A stretch of DNA of 64,000 nt, from assembly GCA_041660285.1 (NCBI GenBank), contig JBAZWN010000008.1, positions 6,110 to 70,109 on the forward strand, written 5' to 3'. Origin of the DNA: Methylobacter sp. Lineage in GTDB: Bacteria > Pseudomonadota > Gammaproteobacteria > Methylococcales > Methylomonadaceae. The notes under the pieces are model-generated. The model was given only the letters and a program-made list of their open reading frames with translations, was not told where the DNA came from and searched no databases. Shown piece by piece: positions 58,328 through 64,000 of the stretch; position 1 is the stretch's first letter, and every line of letters begins with the position of its first letter. Position numbers and translations under genes: made by a program.

Positions 58328-59189
58328 TGTCTTCTCCATATTTTTCGAGTAATTCAAGGCGCGTCTCATGTATGGCCTTGGCCTGGCCGAGAATATTTTC
58401 CAGATACTGGATATCCAGCACCGTATTGGCATCCGACAATGCATTATCGGGGTCGTCATGGACTTCCATGAACAAGGCGTTGATGCCGCAGGCCACCGCC
58501 GCCCGAACCAGATAAGGGATAAACTCGCGCTGCCCGCCAGAGATATTGCCCATGGAGGTCGGTAACTGAATCGAATGCGTCGCATCAAAACACACCGGAT
58601 AGCCAGTTCTAGCCATTATGGGGAAACAAGTCATATCGTTGACCAACATGTTGTAACCCAAAAAAGTGCCGCGATCAGCAAGCAGAATCTGGTGATTACC
58701 ATTAGCCTCAATCTTCCTTACAGAATTTTTCATATTCCAAGGACTCATAAATTGGCCTTTTTTCAGGTGGACAGGTCTATTCGTTAAAGCTGCAGCCTTC
58801 AATATGGATGTTTGTCTGCACAAATAAGCCGGCACCTGCACCATGTCACAGACTTCCCCAGTCGCCGGTCCCCAAGCTGGTTCTGAAAAATCCGAGACCA
58901 CTGGAATCCCAAATTCATCTCTGATGTCGGCAAGAATGCGCAAACCATCATCCGCACCAAGGCCATGAAAGCTGTCCAGTGAGGATCGGCAATCCTTGTC
59001 ATAACAAGATTTATAAATCCACGAGATACCAATACGACGACAGATATCACTGATTGATTCCGCCATTTTGAAAGCATGATCACGGCTTTCGATTGCACAA
59101 GGACCGCCAATAAACACCAATGGTAGGCGGTCGCCTATTCTCACTTTGGCAACAGAGCCATACCCGACTTCAAGTGTCTTTTTATCCAT
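58308..59189 (-). CDS. KdsA-like (KDO8P synthase family) PEP-dependent synthase, divergent
   Basis: GPCAIES (metal Cys), QVPAYLCRQT, KKGQF, RGTFLGYN, FDATHS, EVHDDP..A.SD. Confidence 0.92.
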   Translation of the reverse strand: MDKKTLEVGYGSVAKVRIGDRLPLVFIGGPCAIESRDHAFKMAESISDICRRIGISWIYKSCYDKDCRSSLDSFHGLGADDGLRILADIRDEFGIPVVSDFSEPAWGPATGEVCDMVQVPAYLCRQTSILKAAALTNRPVHLKKGQFMSPWNMKNSVRKIEANGNHQILLADRGTFLGYNMLVNDMTCFPIMARTGYPVCFDATHSIQLPTSMGNISGGQREFIPYLVRAAVACGINALFMEVHDDPDNALSDANTVLDIQYLENILGQAKAIHETRLELLEKYGEDNVHPEK

Positions 59190-59979
59190 GAAAAACTACC
59201 ATTTTTTGTTCCTGAATACGGAAAATGAAAGGCCTCGCCATTACGAGACGGCTGTTGATAACGATCCTTACTTCTTGCGACTGCTCCACTTGAACCGGAA
59301 ACACATGGGAGCCTCTTGGCCGCAACTGTACCTCTTGGACACCCAAGCTCGCTCCGCTACGCGCTGATAGCACCTGGCAAGCGATGAGTTGATTACGCGA
59401 ACTGGGGTTCACTATTGCCACCTCATACAACGCCGGGCCTGATAGTTCATGCTGAAGTCTGTATTCACGCGGGAAAATGCTGCTCGAACCGAGAAGTGTC
59501 AGTCCTGTGGACTCGCACAGAGAAATTGCATCAAGGCTTCCATGCACATAGCTACGCAAAGGTGCATCTTTATAACGATAACTCACATAGCCTCTTTCTG
59601 TGATAAACGATCCAATGTCCGATATCATTTGGGGGGCGGAGTGAAAGACGCAAAATGTACCGAAAGAACTTTTTGACTCAACCAGGAGTTCAGAAAAATC
59701 GACCGTCTGCCGTTGATTATGAAGCAAAGCCAGACGCTTTTCAAGGAACTGGTTACCGTTACTGTCGAAAAACAGAATAGTCACTGACCGACTGGATGCA
59801 CCTTCACCATCATCAAAAAGTCCCGCAATATCTGTTAGCTCAAAGAATGTCTTCCAGTCTTCAGAATTACGCCACACGAACAGGTCGCTGACAGGCACTC
59901 CAGCTAGTTTGGGTTTTTTAGTGAGCGGCTGCCCGAAGGTCCAAAGCGCCCTCCTTAACTTTTCTATATTGTATCGCAT
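59182..59979 (-). CDS. Hypothetical protein
   Basis: 265-aa ORF translationally coupled on both sides (TAATG overlap at 59979; overlap with the KdsA-like start). Confidence 0.75.
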   Translation of the reverse strand: MRYNIEKLRRALWTFGQPLTKKPKLAGVPVSDLFVWRNSEDWKTFFELTDIAGLFDDGEGASSRSVTILFFDSNGNQFLEKRLALLHNQRQTVDFSELLVESKSSFGTFCVFHSAPQMISDIGSFITERGYVSYRYKDAPLRSYVHGSLDAISLCESTGLTLLGSSSIFPREYRLQHELSGPALYEVAIVNPSSRNQLIACQVLSARSGASLGVQEVQLRPRGSHVFPVQVEQSQEVRIVINSRLVMARPFIFRIQEQKMVVFHG

Positions 59980-60764
59980 TATTGCGCCGCCCTTGAGAAC
60001 CATGTGTTTTTAAGGATTTTCTGAGCCTCCCGTCGCTGTCCGTGGATTACATAGCTCGCTGGTGGGTGGGTATGCTCAAGACTGAGAAACGAACCATCGC
60101 AAGTCTTCGAAAAATACAATGGGATTCCCGACATTTCTCGACAAATAATTAAAGGCAAATCAATTGGACTAAAACCAAGCCCGTCTAGAGCAATGATTGT
60201 TACGTCATTGTTTCTTACCTCAAATTTACGCCTTAACGCTGTGTTCTCAGCATCGTATATTTCCACTTGCGAAGTTCTCGTGACTGGAGAGTTTTCCATG
60301 TTCAGAAATATCAGATAGTTCTCTATCTCTTCACCGAACTGAATAAACGGACAGAAAGTCAACAGTGACCCCGGCGAGGCAAACGAATCAATCTCACCTT
60401 GATAACTGACCAAAGCATTATTCGTTGATAGGCCCAGTGTCGCGCGCCAGGCGGGCATTGCTGTTCGGGGCGCGTCTATCTGTGGCAAGCTATCACTGCG
60501 CGCAGAAAGCTTTGATGTACTGAGCGACAGCAAAGGCAGCACACCTTCGGGAATCACCCCGGAAATCTCCTCAGTGCTGATAGTACGCATTGCACCATGC
60601 GCAAGTACCCCGAGGGATTCGGTTCGCCATGCGCCCTCTTCAGCCCAAGTCAAGCTGACAAATTTCTCTGTGGCATCCCTCGTCTCCCAGTTATTGGGCG
60701 AAAAATTACACAGAGTTGTCCAACCTTGGCAGCCCGGTGCTTTAAGGATAGGGTAATAGGACAT
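59979..60764 (-). CDS. Hypothetical protein
   Basis: 261-aa ORF tightly packed in the operon; EHTHPP near the C-terminus. Confidence 0.75.
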   Translation of the reverse strand: MSYYPILKAPGCQGWTTLCNFSPNNWETRDATEKFVSLTWAEEGAWRTESLGVLAHGAMRTISTEEISGVIPEGVLPLLSLSTSKLSARSDSLPQIDAPRTAMPAWRATLGLSTNNALVSYQGEIDSFASPGSLLTFCPFIQFGEEIENYLIFLNMENSPVTRTSQVEIYDAENTALRRKFEVRNNDVTIIALDGLGFSPIDLPLIICREMSGIPLYFSKTCDGSFLSLEHTHPPASYVIHGQRREAQKILKNTWFSRAAQ

Positions 60765-60775
60765 ATATACCTCGC

Positions 60776-61708
60776 TCAGTTAGAAGTTTTTTGTGCGACA
60801 GCTCTTAACCACCAAGCTGGCTTAGAAGATTCACAATGTGCATTAAAAGGCGCGACTGCCGCACGTTCGAGCGGGTCTGACAACGATTCCATCCCCTGTC
60901 TAACCTCTGCAAAAGGGGCAATCAACCCTATGGAGATTAACTTAGAGCGCAATCTCATCCATTTAGCCTGCAATGCAGAAGCCGAATGCAACCGCTCAAT
61001 CTCTTGGCCGTAATAACTAACTTCTATATTGTCAAACCCTAATGTGCCCAGCAACAGTTGCATGGGTTCCTTATCGAAGAAAAGAAGATGCGGTTCATCG
61101 ATCGGCTTGTGCTCCCAATCCCGGCAGGGAACTTCGATAAAAATACCACCCCCTATGCGCAGGTTTCGGGTGGCATCCTTTAGAAACTCGATGGGATTTG
61201 AGACATGCTCCAGAACATGAGACATCACGACCAAATCGACCGATGCATTTTCTTCCGCCACGGCAGAAGTCTCAACAAGGCGAACCCCCAATTCTCTCAG
61301 AGAGGCATGGCAAGATATATCCGTCTCAACAGCCAGATAGTTAGCCGCCGGATGCTTCACGAGCCAGTTACGCGCAAAAAAACCAGCCCCTGGACCCAGT
61401 TCCAGTAGTTTTGACACATCGATGCGGTACTTATCCAAGTATCGTTCAAGATAGGCCATACGCAAGCGAGCAATACCTGAAAAAAAAGCAGTAGCCCAAG
61501 GTGTGCTCGGTTGACCGCCATGGGCAGTGACGAAATAGCTCGCATTGTAATCGGAAAGCGCCTTGTTGCCGGGCATGGGAGTGGCAAAAACCATACCGCA
61601 TGAACTGCAATGGGCGCGATGCAACCCGTTAAAAGTAGGGTGGGCGCCTCGATATGAACCTCGCACCTCGACATCAACACTCTTGCAAACTGGGCAGGCT
61701 TCGATCAT
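60776..61708 (-). CDS. Class I SAM-dependent methyltransferase with N-terminal zinc motif
   Basis: CPVC...[32 protein letters not shown]. Confidence 0.88.
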   Translation of the reverse strand: MIEACPVCKSVDVEVRGSYRGAHPTFNGLHRAHCSSCGMVFATPMPGNKALSDYNASYFVTAHGGQPSTPWATAFFSGIARLRMAYLERYLDKYRIDVSKLLELGPGAGFFARNWLVKHPAANYLAVETDISCHASLRELGVRLVETSAVAEENASVDLVVMSHVLEHVSNPIEFLKDATRNLRIGGGIFIEVPCRDWEHKPIDEPHLLFFDKEPMQLLLGTLGFDNIEVSYYGQEIERLHSASALQAKWMRLRSKLISIGLIAPFAEVRQGMESLSDPLERAAVAPFNAHCESSKPAWWLRAVAQKTSN

Positions 61709-62313
61709 TTTTCCGTTATCTCTTGGTTGCGATACTTGATGACTTTAGCCGGAACCCCCCCGGCGATGGCCAACGGCGGAACATCTTTGGTAACCACAGC
61801 ACCTGCACCAATTATAGCTCCCCTGCCAATGTGAGTCCCGCCAAGAATCACTGCATTCGCACCTATCCAGACATCGTCATCAATATCAATGTTAAGGGGT
61901 ATATGCCCCTGCTGTCGAATAAAAACATCAGGATTGTCATATCTATGCCCAGCCGTACGCATGACAACATTCGGGCCGATAAGACACGATTCACCAATTC
62001 GAATCTCCCCTCCAACCGATGCATTAAGGTGAACATTCATATTAAACGCCGTATTGGAACCCACCGTGATTGCACCGCATTCAGCCGTGAAAAATGAATT
62101 TTTTCCAATACTGATCAAACCATTAAAGCACATGGTCTGTGGGGAAATAAATTCACAGCCCACGTCAATATTGACCGCCCCGTTTTTTTGAAAGCGTCGG
62201 CCAAACCACCCTCGTCTTATAACGCCGCCTATGCGTCCAGGCATGAATCTGACAATCGACTCTATCCATACAATGACTTCGTTGGCTAGCAAATTAAGCA
62301 TGCCTATCTTCAC
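61705..62313 (-). CDS. Hexapeptide-repeat (LbH) O-acyltransferase
   Basis: [49 protein letters not shown]. Confidence 0.92.
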   Translation of the reverse strand: MKIGMLNLLANEVIVWIESIVRFMPGRIGGVIRRGWFGRRFQKNGAVNIDVGCEFISPQTMCFNGLISIGKNSFFTAECGAITVGSNTAFNMNVHLNASVGGEIRIGESCLIGPNVVMRTAGHRYDNPDVFIRQQGHIPLNIDIDDDVWIGANAVILGGTHIGRGAIIGAGAVVTKDVPPLAIAGGVPAKVIKYRNQEITEK

Positions 62314-62433
62314 ACTAACACTCTCTTTTTTAGAACCTTACTAGCCGCCCTTTGAATCATAGAATATATCAACCCCATAAGCAGCTTGACCATTCTTTTG
62401 CAATACTTCACCTGAATCATAATAGGGAGTTAC

Positions 62434-63999
62434 TCAAACCACTACTGATTTCAACCAGACTCTAAGCTCATCTTGTCCGCACAATATATCAATCCCATGG
62501 GCAGCTTGATCATCCTTTTGAATCATGCCATTGGGGTCATAGTAGACAGAGGGCTTACCTAGCGCCTGCCCTAAAAGTGCAGTAGAGGTAAAAGGCGTAG
62601 AGATAACCGCAATGCAACCTTCAATAACGTTGACTGCTGCAACATCTGGATCAACATGAATGCAATGCGGAAGTTTTTCGAATTCTTCAACAAATCGTCT
62701 GTACGCTGGGTGAGCCAATCTCCCAATATCACGCTTGCGTTTCAGTGCAAGGGAACAGTCGGCTTCTTTCAATATTTCGTGAACATCAGTCAAAAACTGA
62801 TTTGCTGTCGTCGGAGTGTAGTAATCAAAATCTATAGCCAGCGTGTTATAAAAAACAGCGCGGACAGGCTGAACATCGAATACCGCAACCGTTCTTGCCG
62901 GCAATGCGGGCATTTTATTTGTGTTGTCGCTAAAGTGAATGGAACCAACAACATCAATACACGGATCTCCGCAGGCCACCCGGCGCACAAAATCCGCCTG
63001 ATATTCATCCCATACCAGATAACGAGGCCACGTCATTGCTTGATACCCGCAATATGCCCTTAGCGGATCACGCCCCGGTCGTTTGAACGCCTCTATGTTC
63101 GTCGAGTAGAAATAAAGGATTATGCGCGATCCTTTAGCCTCGGCCTCATAGGTCCAAAGGGGGCGGTATATCCAGCTAGAATTATGAAACAAGTAATCCC
63201 GAGCAAGTTGATCAGATTGATGCATACGCATTAGAGCGGCTTTCGATGCCTCACTAAGCAGCACAGCATGCCACCAACGCCCACGGAAAAAATCAATCGT
63301 TGCAATAACGCTTGCAGCTACTCCCCATCCCAAGTAACGGAACAACGTTGTGAGTTTGGTTGGTGGCGGTATTGCTGATCGCAAGGAGAATAAAGGCACC
63401 CCCATAGCCCTAGCCTGAGTGACACTTTTAACTGTGTGACTGATCGCATCAAGTTCGCTAGTCCGCCCCGGCCAACGCTGGTACCAGGAAATGATGTCCT
63501 GACCGAACCCATCTTCGGGTGAACGAGGGAAATTATTTACTGACAAGCCATCAAAAAAAGCATAGCGACCAAGCACAGGAAGCGAGGGCTTAATAATTTC
63601 CTTGATGCCCCTCAAGAAAGTTTTTCCGATGGACATGATGCCGTAAGCGAGAAAAATAATGACCAAAGCGTTCCACAAAACCGTAGACCTAACGGTTGCA
63701 ACCTCGAACCCATGCTCATTTACAATTTTACGCCACTCAGGCGGCAATGGATAAACTACCTTTGCCCCCATTTTACCATGCGTATAAAGGATTGCCTTTC
63801 CGAATTGAACACCTGCCAAGCGCATCAGTAGGTATTGCCGAATAGCCAGTTCTGCACTATTAGCCGCTGCACCAAAAATAATTTTTGAATAGAATCCGTC
63901 TTTGATGCACCCGGTTGTAGTAAACGCAATATTTGCTGTATTTATTTTTTCCAATGAATCGGATTTTTTCAGTACGCGATGCCCGCGTAATACTCGACG
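62434..63999 (-). CDS. Polysaccharide biosynthesis PFTS-motif protein (5' end outside window)
   Basis: ISTPFTST motif near the C-terminus; the frame stays open upstream of the listed TTG (RRVLRGHRVLKKSDSLEKI...) to the window edge. Confidence 0.8.
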   Translation of the reverse strand, partial: RRVLRGHRVLKKSDSLEKINTANIAFTTTGCIKDGFYSKIIFGAAANSAELAIRQYLLMRLAGVQFGKAILYTHGKMGAKVVYPLPPEWRKIVNEHGFEVATVRSTVLWNALVIIFLAYGIMSIGKTFLRGIKEIIKPSLPVLGRYAFFDGLSVNNFPRSPEDGFGQDIISWYQRWPGRTSELDAISHTVKSVTQARAMGVPLFSLRSAIPPPTKLTTLFRYLGWGVAASVIATIDFFRGRWWHAVLLSEASKAALMRMHQSDQLARDYLFHNSSWIYRPLWTYEAEAKGSRIILYFYSTNIEAFKRPGRDPLRAYCGYQAMTWPRYLVWDEYQADFVRRVACGDPCIDVVGSIHFSDNTNKMPALPARTVAVFDVQPVRAVFYNTLAIDFDYYTPTTANQFLTDVHEILKEADCSLALKRKRDIGRLAHPAYRRFVEEFEKLPHCIHVDPDVAAVNVIEGCIAVISTPFTSTALLGQALGKPSVYYDPNGMIQKDDQAAHGIDILCGQDELRVWLKSVVV

Positions 64000-64000
64000 C

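Noticed and set aside
58328-58588. N-terminal extension of the CBS ORF as a fused domain
   Set aside because: It is an alternative frame of the KdsA-like gene, not a SIS domain.
400-63512. Numerous 60-220 aa ORFs overlapping or antisense to the called genes
   Set aside because: Shadow frames of well-supported genes, with no family motifs.
1-64000. tRNA, rRNA, IS transposase, phage rep/zot/coat genes, ops/JUMPStart
   Set aside because: Looked for by eye and not found; the 5' end of the polysaccharide operon is outside the window.

Overview
Chromosomal DNA of a gammaproteobacterium; the housekeeping proteins look Methylococcaceae/Methylobacter-like (recognition from memory, not a database result). 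The window appears to span the replication terminus: a perfect 28-bp XerC/XerD dif site lies at 17186-17213, and gene orientation converges on it (mostly + strand on the left, almost all - strand from 22.9 kb on). Left arm: prmB-aroC-MFS, exbB/exbD-like-lpxK-ycaR-kdsB, alaC-hom-thrC, an orphan HTH gene, recJ and a ppiC-bolA-yciI-yciB block. Directly beside dif is a ~4.3-kb accessory island that looks like a stack of decayed Xer-integrating filamentous-phage elements. It holds a DUF3653-like HTH gene, a DUF2726 gene, an internally deleted second DUF2726 copy, and two directly repeated hairpins closely resembling the Ff (f1/M13) plus-strand origin. The hairpins bracket a 2.35-kb cargo cassette (membrane protein, His-heptad periplasmic protein, YceK-type lipoprotein). 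A weak inverted dif-like site marks the far edge. Right arm: tatD-pilZ-holB-tmk-mltG-pabC-fabF-acpP-fabG-fabD-fabH-plsX-rpmF-yceD, then a >30-kb Wzx/Wzy surface-polysaccharide locus running off the right edge. That locus encodes a probable L-QuiNAc pathway, two GMD-like enzymes with a sugar C-methyltransferase, and a divergent KdsA/KdsB module (KANRS motif changed to KDCRS, free-standing CBS pair, aldolase, two SDRs) that probably makes an uncharacterised CMP-activated ulosonic acid. No rRNA, tRNA, CRISPR array or transposase was seen.
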